Positions 27,401-42,400 of a stretch of DNA of 64,000 bases are shown piece after piece. The number at the start of each line of letters is the position of its first letter. Position 1 is the stretch's first letter. The notes beneath the pieces are model-generated. The model saw only the letters and a list, made by a program, of their open reading frames with translations, ran no database searches and had not been told where the DNA came from. The translations under genes and the position numbers were made by a program. The DNA lies in the NCBI GenBank assembly GCA_051362555.1, contig CM120641.1, forward strand, positions 11,098,001-11,162,000, in the 5' to 3' direction. Origin of the DNA: Lingula anatina (lineage: Eukaryota; Animalia; Brachiopoda).

Positions 27401-30400
27401 TGTCTGTGCCTGTGTGGTTACATCGGCAGCAGCAGTAGTCTGGGCTTGAGTTGTTGCTGCCTGTGAAGTTACATCACCTGCGACAGTTGTAGTCTCTTGT
27501 GCAGTCACACCAGAGGCTTGTGTTGTAACATCGGCAGCAGCAGTAGTCTGGGCTTGAGTTGTTGCTGCCTGTGAAGTTACATCACCTGCGACAGTTGTAG
27601 TCTCTTGTGCAGTCACACCAGAGGCTGGTGTTGTAACATCTGCAGCTGCTGTGGTGCTTGCATCAGTAACAGCAGCTGTCTGTGCCTGTGTGGTTACATC
27701 GGCAGCAGCAGTAGTCTGGGCTTGAGTTGTTGCTGCCTGTAAAGTTACATCACCTGCGACAGTTGAAGTCTCTTGTGCAGTCACACCAGAGGCTTGTGTT
27801 GTAACATCTGCAGCTGCTGTGGTGCTTGCATCAGTAACAGCAGCTGTCTGTGCCTGTGTGGTTACATCGGCAGCAGCAGTAGTCTGGGCTTGAGTTGTTG
27901 CTGCCTGTGAAGTTACATCACCTGCGACAGTTGTAGTCTCTTGTGCAGTCACACCAGAGGCTGGTGTTGTAACATCTGCAGCTGCTGTGGTGCTTGCATC
28001 AGTAACAGCAGCTGTCTGTGCCTGTGTGGTTACATCGGCAGCAGCAGTAGTCTGGGCGTCATTTGTTGCTGCCTGTGAAGTTACATCACCTGCGACAGTT
28101 GAAGTCTCTTGTGCAGTCACACCAGAGGCTTGTGTTGTAACATCTACAGCTGCTGTGGTGCTTGCATCAGTAACTGCAGCTGTCTGTGCCTGTGTGGTTA
28201 CATCGGCAGCAGCAGTAGTCTGGGCTTGAGTTGTTGCTGCCTGTGAAGTTACATCACCTGCGACAGTTGAAGTCTCTTGTGCAGTCACACCAGAGGCTTG
28301 TGTTGTAACATCTGCAGCTGCTGTGGTGCTTGCATCAGTAACAGCAGCTGTCTGTGCCTGTGTGGTTACATCAGCAGCAGCAGTAGTCTGGGCTTCAGTT
28401 GTTGCTGCCTGTGAAGTTACATCACCTGCGACAGTTGTAGTCTCTTGTGCAGTCACACCAGAGGCTTGTGTTGTAACATCTGCAGCTGCTGTGGTGCTTG
28501 CATCAGTAACAGCAGCTGTCTGTGCCTGTGTGGTTACATCGGCAGCAGCAGTAGTCTGGGCTTGAGTTGTTGCTGCCTGTAAAGTTACATCACCTGCGAC
28601 AGTTGAAGTCTCTTGTGCAGTCACACCAGAGGCTTGTGTTGTAACTTCTGCAGCTGCTGTGGTGCTTGCATCAGTAACAGCAGCTGTCTGTGCCTGTGTG
28701 GTTACATCGGCAGCAGCAGTAGTCTGGGCTTCAGTTGTTGCTGCCTGTGAAGTTACATCACCTGCGACAGTTGTAGTCTCTTGTGCAGTCACACCAGAGG
28801 CTTGTGTTGTAACATCTGCAACTGCTGTGGTGCTTGCATCAGTAACAGCAGCTGTCTGTGCCTGTGTGGTTACATCAGCAGCAGCAGTAGTCTGGGCTTG
28901 AGTTGTTGCTGCCTGTGAAGTTACATCACCTGCGACAGTTGTAGTCTCTTGTGCAGTCACACCAGAGGCTTGTGTTGTAACATCTGCAGCTGCTGTGGTG
29001 CTTGCATCAGTAACAGCAGCTGTCTGTGCCTGTGTGGTTACATCGGCAGCAACAGTAGTCTGGGCTTGAGTTGTTGCTGCCTGTGAAGTTACATCACCTG
29101 CGACAGTTGTAGTCTCTTGTGCAGTCACACCAGAGGCTTGTGTTGTAACATCTGCAGCTGCTGTGGTGCTTGCATCAGTAACAGCAGCTGTCTGTGCCTG
29201 TGTGGTTACATCGGCAGCAGCAGTAGTCTGGGCTTGAGTTGTTGCTGCCTGTGAAGTAACATCACCTGCGACAGTTGTAGTCTCTTGTGCAGTCACACCA
29301 GAGGCTTGTGTTGTAACATCTGCAGCTGCTGTGGTGCTTGCATCAGTAACAGCAGCTGTCTGTGCCTGTGTTGTTACATTAGCAGCAGCAGTAGTCTGGG
29401 CTTCAGTTGTTGCTGCCTGTGAAGTTACATCACCTGCGACAGTTGTAGTCTCTTGTGCAGTCACACCAGAGGCTTGTGTTGTAACATCTGCAGCTGCTGT
29501 GGTGCTTGCATCAGTAACAACGGCTGTCTGTGCCTGTGTGGTAACATCGGCAGCAGCAGTAGTCTGGGCTTGAGTTGTTGCTGCCTGTGAAGTTACATCA
29601 CCTGCGACAGTTGTAGTCTCTTGTGCAGTCACACCAGAGGCTTGTGTTGTAACATCTGCAGCTGCTGTGGTGCTTGCATCAGTAACAGCAGCTGTCTGTG
29701 CCTGTGTGGTTACATCGGCAGCAGCAGTAGTCTGGGCTTGAGTTGTTGCTGCCTGTGAAGTAACATCACCTGCGACAGTTGTAGTCTCTTGTGCAGTCAC
29801 ACCAGAGGCTTGTGTTGTAACATCGGCAGCAGCAGTAGTCTGGGCTTGAGTTGTTGCTGCCTGTGAAGTTACATCACCTGCGACAGTTGTAGTCTCTTGT
29901 GCAGTCACACCAGAGGCTGGTGTTGTAACATCTGCAGCTGCTGTGGTGCTTGCATCAGTAACAGCAGCTGTCTGTGCCTGTGTGGTTACATCGGCAGCAG
30001 CAGTAGTCTGGGCGTCATTTGTTGCTGCCTGTGAAGTTACATCACCTGCGACAGTTGAAGTCTCTTGTGCAGTCACACCAGAGGCTTGTGTTGTAACATC
30101 TACAGCTGCTGTGGTGCTTGCATCAGTAACTGCAGCTGTCTGTGCCTGTGTGGTTACATCGGCAGCAGCAGTAGTCTGGGCTTGAGTTGTTGCTGCCTGT
30201 GAAGTTACATCACCTGCGACAGTTGAAGTCTCTTGTGCAGTCACACCAGAGGCTTGTGTTGTAACATCTGCAGCTGCTGTGGTGCTTGCATCAGTAACAG
30301 CAGCTGTCTGTGCCTGTGTGGTTACATCAGCAGCAGCAGTAGTCTGGGCTTCAGTTGTTGCTGCCTGTGAAGTTACATCACCTGCGACAGTTGTAGTCTC

Positions 30401-33400
30401 TTGTGCAGTCACACCAGAGGCTTGTGTTGTAACATCTGCAGCTGCTGTGGTGCTTGCATCAGTAACAGCAGCTGTCTGTGCCTGTGTGGTTACATCGGCA
30501 GCAGCAGTAGTCTGGGCTTGAGTTGTTGCTGCCTGTAAAGTTACATCACCTGCGACAGTTGAAGTCTCTTGTGCAGTCACACCAGAGGCTTGTGTTGTAA
30601 CATCTGCAGCTGCTGTGGTGCTTGCATCAGTAACAGCAGCTGTCTGTGCCTGTGTGGTTACATCGGCAGCAGCAGTAGTCTGGGCTTCAGTTGTTGCTGC
30701 CTGTGAAGTTACATCACCTGCGACAGTTGTAGTCTCTTGTGCAGTCACACCAGAGGCTTGTGTTGTAACATCTGCAACTGCTGTGGTGCTTGCATCAGTA
30801 ACAGCAGCTGTCTGTGCCTGTGTGGTTACATCAGCAGCAGCAGTAGTCTGGGCTTGAGTTGTTGCTGCCTGTGAAGTTACATCACCTGCGACAGTTGTAG
30901 TCTCTTGTGCAGTCACACCAGAGGCTTGTGTTGTAACATCTGCAGCTGCTGTGGTGCTTGCATCAGTAACAGCAGCTGTCTGTGCCTGTGTGGTTACATC
31001 GGCAGCAACAGTAGTCTGGGCTTGAGTTGTTGCTGCCTGTGAAGTTACATCACCTGCGACAGTTGTAGTCTCTTGTGCAGTCACACCAGAGGCTTGTGTT
31101 GTAACATCTGCAGCTGCTGTGGTGCTTGCATCAGTAACAGCAGCTGTCTGTGCCAGTGTGGTTACATCGGCAGCAGCAGTAGTCTGGGCTTGAGTTGTTG
31201 CTGCCTGTGAAGTTACATCACCTGCGACAGTTGTAGTCTCTTGTGCAGTCACACCAGAGGCTTGTGTTGTAACATCGGCAGCAGCAGTAGTCTGGGCTTG
31301 AGTTGTTGCTGCCTGTGAAGTTACATCACCTGCGACAGTTGTAGTCTCTTGTGCAGTCACACCAGAGGCTGGTGTTGTAACATCTGCAGCTGCTGTGGTG
31401 CTTGCATCAGTAACAGCAGCTGTCTGTGCCTGTGTGGTTACATCGGCAGCAGCAGTAGTCTGGGCTTCATTTGTTGCTGCCTGTGAAGTTACATCACCTG
31501 CGACAGTTGAAGTCTCTTGTGCAGTCACACCAGAGGCTTGTGTTGTAACATCTACAGCTGCTGTGGTGCTTGCATCAGTAACTGCAGCTGTCTGTGCCTG
31601 TGTGGTTACATCGGCAGCAGCAGTAGTCTGGGCTTGAGTTGTTGCTGCCTGTGAAGTTACATCACCTGCGACAGTTGAAGTCTCTTGTGCAGTCACACCA
31701 GAGGCTTGTGTTGTAACATCTGCAGCTGCTGTGGTGCTTGCATCAGTAACAGCAGCTGTCTGTGCCTGTGTGGTTATATCGGCAGCAGCAGTAGTCTGGG
31801 CTTGAGTTGTTGCTGCCTGAGAAATTACATCACCTGCGACAGTTGAAGTCTCTTGTGCAGTCACACCAGAGGCTTGTGTTGTAACATCTGCAGCTGCTGT
31901 GGTGCTTGCATCAGTAACAGGAGCTGTCTGTGCCTGTGTGGTTACATCGGCAGCAGCAGTAGTCTGGGCTTGAGTTGTTGCTGCCTGTGAAGTTACATCA
32001 CCTGCGACAGTTGTAGTCTCTTGTGCAGTCACACCAGAGGCTTGTGTTGTAACATCTGCAGCTGCTGTGGTGCTTGCATCAGTAACAGCAGCTGTCTGTG
32101 CCTGTGTGGTTACATCGGCAGCAGCAGTAGTCTGGGCTTCAGTTGTTGCTGCCTGTGAAGTTACATCACCTGCGACAGTTGTAGTCTCTTGTGCAGTCAC
32201 ACCAGAGGCTTGTGTTGTAACATCTGCAGCTGCTGTGGTGCTTGCATCAGTAACAACGGCTGTCTGTACCTGTGTGGTAACATCGGCAGCAGCAGTAGTG
32301 TGGGCTTGAGTTGTTGCTGCCTGTGAAGTTACATCACCTGCGACAGTTGTAGTCTCTTGTGCAGTCACACCAGAGGCTTGTGTTGTAACATCTGCAGCTG
32401 CTGTGGTGCTTGCATCAGTAACAGCAGCTGTCTGTGCCTGTGTGGTTACATCGGCAGCAGCAGTAGTCTGGGCTTGAGTTGTTGCTGCCTGTGAAGTTAC
32501 ATCACCTGCGACAGTTGTAGTCTCTTGTGCAGTCACACCAGAGGCTTGTGTTGTAACATCGGCAGCAGCAGTAGTCTGGGCTTGAGTTGTTGCTGCCTGT
32601 GAAGTTACATCACCTGCGACAGTTGTAGTCTCTTTTGCAGTTACACCAGAGGCTTGTGTTGTAACATCTGCAGCTGCTGTGGTGCTTGCATCAGTAACAG
32701 CAGCTGTCTGTGCCTGTGTGGTTACATCGGCAGCAGCAGTAGTCTGGGCTTGAGATGTTGGTGCCTGTGAAGTTACATCACCTGCCACAGTTGTAGTCTC
32801 TTGTGCAGTCACACCAGAGGATTGTGTTGTAACATCTGCAGCTGCTGTGGTGCTTGCATCAGTAACAGCAGCTGTCTGTGCCTGTGTGGTTACATCGGCA
32901 GCAGCAGTAGTCTGGGCTTGAGTTGTTGCTGCCTGTGAAGTTACATCACCTGCGACAGTTGTAGTCTCTTGTGCAGTTACACCAGAGGCTTGTGTTGTAA
33001 CATCTGCAGCTGCTGTGGTGCTTGCATCAGTAAGAGCAGCTGTCTGTGCCTGTGTGGTTACATCGGCAGCAGCAGTAGTCTGGGCTTGAGATGTTGGTGC
33101 CTGTGAAGTTACATCACCTGCGACAGTTGTAGTCTCTTGTGCAGTCACACCAGAGGCTTGTGTTGTAACATCTGCAGCTGCTGTGGTGCTTGCATCAGCA
33201 ACAATGGCTGTCTGTGCCTGTGTGGTTACATCGGCTGCAACAGTAGTCTTGGCTTGAGTTGTTGCTGCCTGTGAAGTTACATCACCTGCGACAGTTGTAG
33301 TCTCTTGTGCAGTCACACCAGAGGCTTGTGTTGTAACATCTGCAGCTGCTGTGGTGCTTGCATCAGTAACAGCAGCTGTCTGTGCCTGTGTGGTTACATC

Positions 33401-36400
33401 GGCAGTAGCAGTAGTCTGGGCTTGAGTTGTTGCTGCCTGAGAAATTACATCACCTGCGACAGTTGAAGTCTCTTGTGCAGTCACACCAGAGGCTTGTGTT
33501 GTAACATCTGCAGCTGCTGTGGTGCTTGCATCAGTAACAGGAGCTGTCTGTGCCTGTGTGGTTACATCGGCAGCAGCAGTAGTCTGGGCTTGAGTTGTTG
33601 CTGCCTGTGAAGTTACATCACCTGCGACAGTTGTAGTCTCTTGTGCAGTCACACCAGAGGCTTGTGTTGTAACATCTGCAGCTGCTGTGGTGCTTGCATC
33701 AGTAACAGCAGCTGTCTGTGCCTGTGTGGTTACATCGGCAGCAGCAGTAGTCTGGGCTTCAGTTGTTGCTGCCTGTGAAGTTACATCACCTGCGACAGTT
33801 GTAGTCTCTTGTGCAGTCACACCAGAGGCTTGTGTTGTAACATCTGCAGCTGCTGTAGTGCTTGCATCAGTAACAACGGCTGTCTGTGCCTGTGTGGTAA
33901 CATCGGCAGCAGCAGTAGGCTGGGCTTGAGTTGTTGCTGCCTGTGAAGTTACATCACCTGCGACAGTTGTAGTCTCTTGTGCAGTCACACCAGAGGCTTG
34001 TGTTGTAACATCTGCAGCTGCTGTGGTGCTTGCATCAGTAACAGCAGCTGTCTGTGCCTGTGTGGTTACATCGGCAGCAGCAGTAGTCTGGGCTTGAGTT
34101 GTTGCTGCCTGTGAAGTTACATCACCTGCGACAGTTGTAGTCTCTTGTGCAGTCACACCAGAGGCTTGTGTTGTAACATCGGCAGCAGCAGTAGTCTGGG
34201 CTTGAGTTGTTGCTGCCTGTGAAGTTACATCACCTGCGACAGTTGTAGTCTCTTGTGCAGTCACACCAGAGGCTGGTGTTGTAACATCTGCAGCTGCTGT
34301 GGTGCTTGCATCAGTAACAGCAGCTGTCTGTGCCTGTGTGGTTACATCGGCAGCAGCAGTAGTCTGGGCTTGAGTTGTTGCTGCCTGTAAAGTTACATCA
34401 CCTGCGACAGTTGAAGTCTCTTGTGCAGTCACACCAGAGGCTTGTGTTGTAACATCTGCAGCTGCTGTGGTGCTTGCATCAGTAACAGCAGCTGTCTGTG
34501 CCTGTGTGGTTACATCGGCAGCAGCAGTAGTCTGGGCTTGAGTTGTTGCTGCCTGTGAAGTTACATCACCTGCGACAGTTGTAGTCTCTTGTGCAGTCAC
34601 ACCAGAGGCTGGTGTTGTAACATCTGCAGCTGCTGTGGTGCTTGCATCAGTAACAGCAGCTGTCTGTGCCTGTGTGGTTACATCGGCAGCAGCAGTAGTC
34701 TGGGCGTCATTTGTTGCTGCCTGTGAAGTTACATCACCTGCGACAGTTGAAGTCTCTTGTGCAGTCACACCAGAGGCTTGTGTTGTAACATCTACAGCTG
34801 CTGTGGTGCTTGCATCAGTAACTGCAGCTGTCTGTGCCTGTGTGGTTACATCGGCAGCAGCAGTAGTCTGGGCTTGAGTTGTTGCTGCCTGTGAAGTTAC
34901 ATCACCTGCGACAGTTGAAGTCTCTTGTGCAGTCACACCAGAGGCTTGTGTTGTAACATCTGCAGCTGCTGTGGTGCTTGCATCAGTAACAGCAGCTGTC
35001 TGTGCCTGTGTGGTTACATCAGCAGCAGCAGTAGTCTGGGCTTCAGTTGTTGCTGCCTGTGAAGTTACATCACCTGCGACAGTTGTAGTCTCTTGTGCAG
35101 TCACACCAGAGGCTTGTATTGTAACATCTGCAGCTGCTGTGGTGCTTGCATCAGTAACAGCAGCTGTCTGTGCCTGTGTGGTTACATCGGCAGCAGCAGT
35201 AGTCTGGGCTTGAGTTGTTGCTGCCTGTAAAGTTACATCACCTGCGACAGTTGAAGTCTCTTGTGCAGTCACACCAGAGGCTTGTGTTGTAACTTCTGCA
35301 GCTGCTGTGGTGCTTGCATCAGTAACAGCAGCTGTCTGTGCCTGTGTGGTTACATCGGCAGCAGCAGTAGTCTGGGCTTCAGTTGTTGCTGCCTGTGAAG
35401 TTACATCACCTGCGACAGTTGTAGTCTCTTGTGCAGTCACACCAGAGGCTTGTGTTGTAACATCTGCAACTGCTGTGGTGCTTGCATCAGTAACAGCAGC
35501 TGTCTGTGCCTGTGTGGTTACATCAGCAGCAGCAGTAGTCTGGGCTTGAGTTGTTGCTGCCTGTGAAGTTACATCACCTGCGACAGTTGTAGTCTCTTGT
35601 GCAGTCACACCAGAGGCTTGTGTTGTAACATCTGCAGCTGCTGTGGTGCTTGCATCAGTAACAGCAGCTGTCTGTGCCTGTGTGGTTACATCGGCAGCAA
35701 CAGTAGTCTGGGCTTGAGTTGTTGCTGCCTGTGAAGTTACATCACCTGCGACAGTTGTAGTCTCTTGTGCAGTCACACCAGAGGCTTGTGTTGTAACATC
35801 TGCAGCTGCTGTGGTGCTTGCATCAGTAACAGCAGCTGTCTGTGCCTGTGTGGTTACATCGGCAGCAGCAGTAGTCTGGGCTTGAGTTGTTGCTGCCTGT
35901 GAAGTAACATCACCTGCGACAGTTGTAGTCTCTTGTGCAGTCACACCAGAGGCTTGTGTTGTAACATCTGCAGCTGCTGTGGTGCTTGCATCAGTAACAG
36001 CAGCTGTCTGTGCCTGTGTTGTTACATTAGCAGCAGCAGTAGTCTGGGCTTCAGTTGTTGCTGCCTGTGAAGTTACATCACCTGCGACAGTTGTAGTCTC
36101 TTGTGCAGTCACACCAGAGGCTTGTGTTGTAACATCTGCAGCTGCTGTGGTGCTTGCATCAGTAACAACGGCTGTCTGTGCCTGTGTGGTAACATCGGCA
36201 GCAGCAGTAGTCTGGGCTTGAGTTGTTGCTGCCTGTGAAGTTACATCACCTGCGACAGTTGTAGTCTCTTGTGCAGTCACACCAGAGGCTTGTGTTGTAA
36301 CATCTGCAGCTGCTGTGGTGCTTGCATCAGTAACAGCAGCTGTCTGTGCCTGTGTGGTTACATCGGCAGCAGCAGTAGTCTGGGCTTGAGTTGTTGCTGC

Positions 36401-39400
36401 CTGTGAAGTAACATCACCTGCGACAGTTGTAGTCTCTTGTGCAGTCACACCAGAGGCTTGTGTTGTAACATCGGCAGCAGCAGTAGTCTGGGCTTGAGTT
36501 GTTGCTGCCTGTGAAGTTACATCACCTGCGACAGTTGTAGTCTCTTGTGCAGTCACACCAGAGGCTGGTGTTGTAACATCTGCAGCTGCTGTGGTGCTTG
36601 CATCAGTAACAGCAGCTGTCTGTGCCTGTGTGGTTACATCGGCAGCAGCAGTAGTCTGGGCGTCATTTGTTGCTGCCTGTGAAGTTACATCACCTGCGAC
36701 AGTTGAAGTCTCTTGTGCAGTCACACCAGAGGCTTGTGTTGTAACATCTACAGCTGCTGTGGTGCTTGCATCAGTAACTGCAGCTGTCTGTGCCTGTGTG
36801 GTTACATCGGCAGCAGCAGTAGTCTGGGCTTGAGTTGTTGCTGCCTGTGAAGTTACATCACCTGCGACAGTTGAAGTCTCTTGTGCAGTCACACCAGAGG
36901 CTTGTGTTGTAACATCTGCAGCTGCTGTGGTGCTTGCATCAGTAACAGCAGCTGTCTGTGCCTGTGTGGTTACATCAGCAGCAGCAGTAGTCTGGGCTTC
37001 AGTTGTTGCTGCCTGTGAAGTTACATCACCTGCGACAGTTGTAGTCTCTTGTGCAGTCACACCAGAGGCTTGTGTTGTAACATCTGCAGCTGCTGTGGTG
37101 CTTGCATCAGTAACAGCAGCTGTCTGTGCCTGTGTGGTTACATCGGCAGCAGCAGTAGTCTGGGCTTGAGTTGTTGCTGCCTGTAAAGTTACATCACCTG
37201 CGACAGTTGAAGTCTCTTGTGCAGTCACACCAGAGGCTTGTGTTGTAACATCTGCAGCTGCTGTGGTGCTTGCATCAGTAACAGCAGCTGTCTGTGCCTG
37301 TGTGGTTACATCGGCAGCAGCAGTAGTCTGGGCTTCAGTTGTTGCTGCCTGTGAAGTTACATCACCTGCGACAGTTGTAGTCTCTTGTGCAGTCACACCA
37401 GAGGCTTGTGTTGTAACATCTGCAACTGCTGTGGTGCTTGCATCAGTAACAGCAGCTGTCTGTGCCTGTGTGGTTACATCAGCAGCAGCAGTAGTCTGGG
37501 CTTGAGTTGTTGCTGCCTGTGAAGTTACATCACCTGCGACAGTTGTAGTCTCTTGTGCAGTCACACCAGAGGCTTGTGTTGTAACATCTGCAGCTGCTGT
37601 GGTGCTTGCATCAGTAACAGCAGCTGTCTGTGCCTGTGTGGTTACATCGGCAGCAACAGTAGTCTGGGCTTGAGTTGTTGCTGCCTGTGAAGTTACATCA
37701 CCTGCGACAGTTGTAGTCTCTTGTGCAGTCACACCAGAGGCTTGTGTTGTAACATCTGCAGCTGCTGTGGTGCTTGCATCAGTAACAGCAGCTGTCTGTG
37801 CCTGTGTGGTTACATCGGCAGCAGCAGTAGTCTGGGCTTGAGTTGTTGCTGCCTGTGAAGTAACATCACCTGCGACAGTTGTAGTCTCTTGTGCAGTCAC
37901 ACCAGAGGCTTGTGTTGTAACATCTGCAGCTGCTGTGGTGCTTGCATCAGTAACAGCAGCTGTCTGTGCCTGTGTTGTTACATTAGCAGCAGCAGTAGTC
38001 TGGGCTTCAGTTGTTGCTGCCTGTGAAGTTACATCACCTGCGACAGTTGTAGTCTCTTGTGCAGTCACACCAGAGGCTTGTGTTGTAACATCTGCAGCTG
38101 CTGTGGTGCTTGCATCAGTAACAGCAGCTGTCTGTGCCTGTGTGGTTACATCGGCAGCAGCAGTAGTCTGGGCTTGAGTTGTTGCTGCCTGTGAAGTTAC
38201 ATCACCTGCGACGGTTGAAGTCTCTTGTGCAGTCACACCAGAGACTTGTGTTGTAACATCTGCAGCTGCTGTGGTGCTTGCATCAGTAACAGCAGCTGTC
38301 TGTGCCTGTGTGGTTACATCAGCAGCAGCAGTAGTCTGGGCTTGAGTTGTTGCTGGCTGTGAAGTTACATCACCTGCGACAGTTGTAGTCTCTTGTGCAG
38401 TCACACCAGAGGCTTGTGTTGTAACATCTGCAGCTGCTGTGGTGCTTGCATCAGTAACAGCAGCTGTCTGTGCCTGTGTGGTTACATCGGCAGCAACAGT
38501 AGTCTGGGCTTGAGTTGTTGCTGCCTGTGAAGTTACATCACCTGCGACAGTTGTAGTCTCTTGTGCAGTCACACCAGAGGCTTGTGTTGTAACATCTGCA
38601 GCTGCTGTGGTGCTTGCATCAGTAACAGCAGCTGTCTGTGCCTGTGTGGTTACAACGGCAGCAGCAGTAGTCTGGGCTTGAGTTGTTGCTGCCTGTGAAG
38701 TTACATCACCTGCGACAGTTGTAGTCTCTTGTGCAGTCACACCAGAGGCTTGTGTTGTAACATCTGCAGCTGCTGTGGTGCTTGCATCAGTAACAGCAGC
38801 TGGCTGTGCCTGTGTGGTTACATCGGCAGCAGCAGTAGTCTGGGCTTGAGTTGTTGCTACCTGTGAAGTTACATCACCTGCGACAGTTGTAGTCTCTTGT
38901 GCAGTCACACCAGAGGCTTGTGTTGTAACATCTGCAGCTGCTGTGGTGCTTGCATCAGTAACAGCAGCTGTCTGTGCCTGTGTTGTTACATCAGCAGCAG
39001 CAGTAGTCTGGGCTTCAGTTGTTGCTGCCTGTGAAGTTACATCACCTGCGACAGTTGTAGTCTCTTGTGCAGTCACACCAGAGGCTGGTGTTGTAACATC
39101 TGCAGCTGCTGTGGTGCTTGCATCAGTAACAGCAGCTGTCTGTGCCTGTGTGGTAACATCGGCAGCAGCAGTAGTCTGGGCTTGAGTTGTTGCTGCCTGT
39201 GAAGTTACATCACCTGCGACAGTTGAAGTCTCTTGTGCAGTCACACCAGAGACTTGTGTTGTAACATCTGCAGCTGCTGTGGTGCTTGCATCAGTAACAG
39301 CAGCTGTCTGTGCCTGTGTGGTTACATCGGCAGCAGCAGTAGTCTGGGCTTGAGTTGTTGCTGCCTGTGAAGTTACATCACCTGCGACAGTTGAAGTCTC

Positions 39401-42400
39401 TTGTGCAGTCACACCAGAGACTTGTGTTGTAACATCTGCAGCTGCTGTGGTGCTTGCATCAGTAACAGCAGCTGTCTGTGCCTGTGTGGTTACATCGGCA
39501 GCAACAGTAGTCTGGGCTTGAGTTGTTGCTGCCTGTGAAATTACATCACCTGCGACAGTTGTAGTCTCTTGTGCAGTCACACCAGAGGCTTGTGTTGTAA
39601 CATCTGCAGCTGCTGTGGTGCTTGCATCAGTAACAGCAGCTGTCTGTGCCTGTGTGGTTACATCGGCAGCAACAGTAGTCTGGGCTTGAGTTGTTGCTGC
39701 CTGTGAAGTTACATCACCTGCGACAGTTGTAGTCTCTTGTGCAGTTACACCAGAGGCTTGTGTTGTAACATCTGCAGCTGCTTTGGTGCTTGCATCAGTA
39801 ACAGTAGCTGTCTGTGCCTGTGTGGTTACAACGGCAGCAGCAGTAGTCTGGGCTTGAGTTGTTGCTGCCTGTGAAGTTACATCACCTGCGACAGTTGTAG
39901 TCTCTTGTGCAGTCACACCAGAGGCTTGTGTTGTAACATCTGCAGCTGCTGTGGTGCTTGCATCAGTAACAGCAGCTGGCTGTGCCTGTGTGGTTACATC
40001 GGCAGCAGCAGTAGTCTGGGCTTGAGTTGTTGCTACCTGTGAAGTTACATCACCTGCGACAGTTGTAGTCTCTTGTGCAGTCACACCAGAGGCTTGTGTT
40101 GTAACATCTGCAGCTGCTGTGGTGCTTGCATCAGTAACAGCAGCTGTCTGTGCCTGTGTGGTTACATCGGCAGCAGCAGTAGTCTGGGCTTGAGTTGTTG
40201 CTGCCTGTGAAGTTACATCACCTGCGACAGTTGTAGTCTCTTGTGCAGTCACACCAGAGGCTTGTGTTGTAACATCTGCAGCTGCTGTGGTGCTTGCATC
40301 AGTAACAGCAGCTGTCTGTGCCTGTGTGGTTACATCGGCAGCAGCAGTAGTCTGGGCTTGAGTTGTTGCTGCCTGTGAAGTTACATCACCTGCGACAGTT
40401 GTAGTCTCTTGTGCAGTCACACCAGAGGCTGGTGTTGTAACATCTGCAGCTGCTGTGGTGCTTGCATCAGTAACAGCAGCTGTCTGTGCCTGTGTGGTTA
40501 CATCGGCAGCAGCAGTAGTCTGGGCGTCATTTGTTGCTGCCTGTGAAGTTACATCACCTGCGACAGTTGTAGTCTCTTGTGCAGTCACACCAGAGGCTTG
40601 TGTTGTAACATCTGCAGCTGCTGTGGTGCTTGCATCAGTAACAACGGCTGTCTGTGCCTGTGTGGTTACATCGGCTGCAGCAGTAGTCTGGGCTTGAGTT
40701 GTTGCTGCCTGTGAAGTTACATCACCTGCGACAGTTGTAGTCTCTTGTGCAGTCACACCAGAGGCTTGTGTTGTAACATCTGCAGCTGCTGTGGTGCTTG
40801 CATCAGTAACAGCAGCTGTCTGTGCCTGTGTGGTTACATCGGCTGCATCAGTAGTCTGGGCTTGAGTTGTTGCTGCCTGTGAAGTTACATCACCTGCGAC
40901 AGTTGTAGTCTCTTGTGCAGTCACACCAGAGGCTTGTGTTGTAACATCTGCAGCTGCTGTGGTGCTTGCATCAGTAACAACGGCTGTCTGTGCCTGTGTG
41001 GTTACATCGGCTGCAGCATTAGTCTGGGCTTGAGTTGTTGCTGCCTGTGAAGTTACATCACCTGCGACAGTTGTAGTCTCTTGTGCAGTCACACCAGAGG
41101 CTTGTGTTGTAACATCTGCAGCTGCTGTGGTGCTTGCATCAGTAACAGCAGCTGTCTGTGCCTGTGTGGTTACATCAGCAGCAGCAGTAGTCTGGGCTTG
41201 AGTTGTTGCTGCCTGTGAAGTTACATCACCTGCGACAGTTGTAGTCTCTTGTGCAGTCACACCAGAGGCTTGTGTTGTAACATCGGCAGCTGCTGTGGTG
41301 CTTGCATCAGTAACAGCAGCTGTCTGTGCCTGTGTGGTTACATCGGAAGCAGCAGTAGTCTGGGCTTCAGTTGTTGCTGCCTGTGAAGTTACATCACCTG
41401 CGACAGTTGTAGTCTCTTGTGCAGTCACACCAGAGGCTTGTGTTGTAACATCTGTAGCTGCTGTGGTGCTTGCATCAGTAACAGTAGCTGTCTGTGCCTG
41501 TGTGGTTACATCGGCAGCAGCAGTAGTCTGGGCTTGAGTTGTTGCTGCCTGTGAAGTTACATCACCTGCGACAGTTGTAGTCTCTTTTGCAGTTACACCA
41601 GAGGCTTGTGTTGTAACATCTGCAGCTGCTGTGGTGCTTGCATCAGTAACAGCAGCTGTCTGTGCCTGTGTGGTTACATCGGCAGCAGCAGTAGTCTGGG
41701 CTTGAGATGTTGGTGTCTGTGAAGTTACATCACCTGCCACAGTTGTAGTCTCTTGTGCAGTCACACCAGAGGATTGTGTTGTAACATCTGCAGCTGCTGT
41801 GGTGCTTGCATCAGTAACAGCAGCTGTCTGTGCCTGTGTGGTTACATCGGCAGCAGCAGTAGTCTGGGCTTGAGTTGTTGCTGCCTGTGAAGTTACATCA
41901 CCTGCGACAGTTGTAGTCTCTTGTGCAGTTACACCAGAGGCTTGTGTTGTAACATCTGCAGCTGCTGTGGTGCTTGCATCAGTAAGAGCAGCTGTCTGTG
42001 CCTGTGTGGTTACATCGGCAGCAGCAGTAGTCTGGGCTTGAGATGTTGGTGCCTGTGAAGTTACATCACCTGCGACAGTTGTAGTCTCTTGTGCAGTCAC
42101 ACCAGAGGCTTGTGTTGTAACATCTGCAGCTGCTGTGGTGCTTGCATCAGCAACAATGGCTGTCTGTGCCTGTGTGGTTACATCGGCTGCAACAGTAGTC
42201 TTGGCTTGAGTTGTTGCTGCCTGTGAAGTTACATCACCTGCGACAGTTGTAGTCTCTTGTGCAGTCACACCAGAGGCTTGTGTTGTAACATCTGCAGCTG
42301 CTGTGGTGCTTGCATCAGTAACAGCAGCTGTCTGTGCCTGTGTGGTTACATCGGCAGTAGCAGTAGTCTGGGCTTGAGTTGTTGCTGCCTGAGAAATTAC

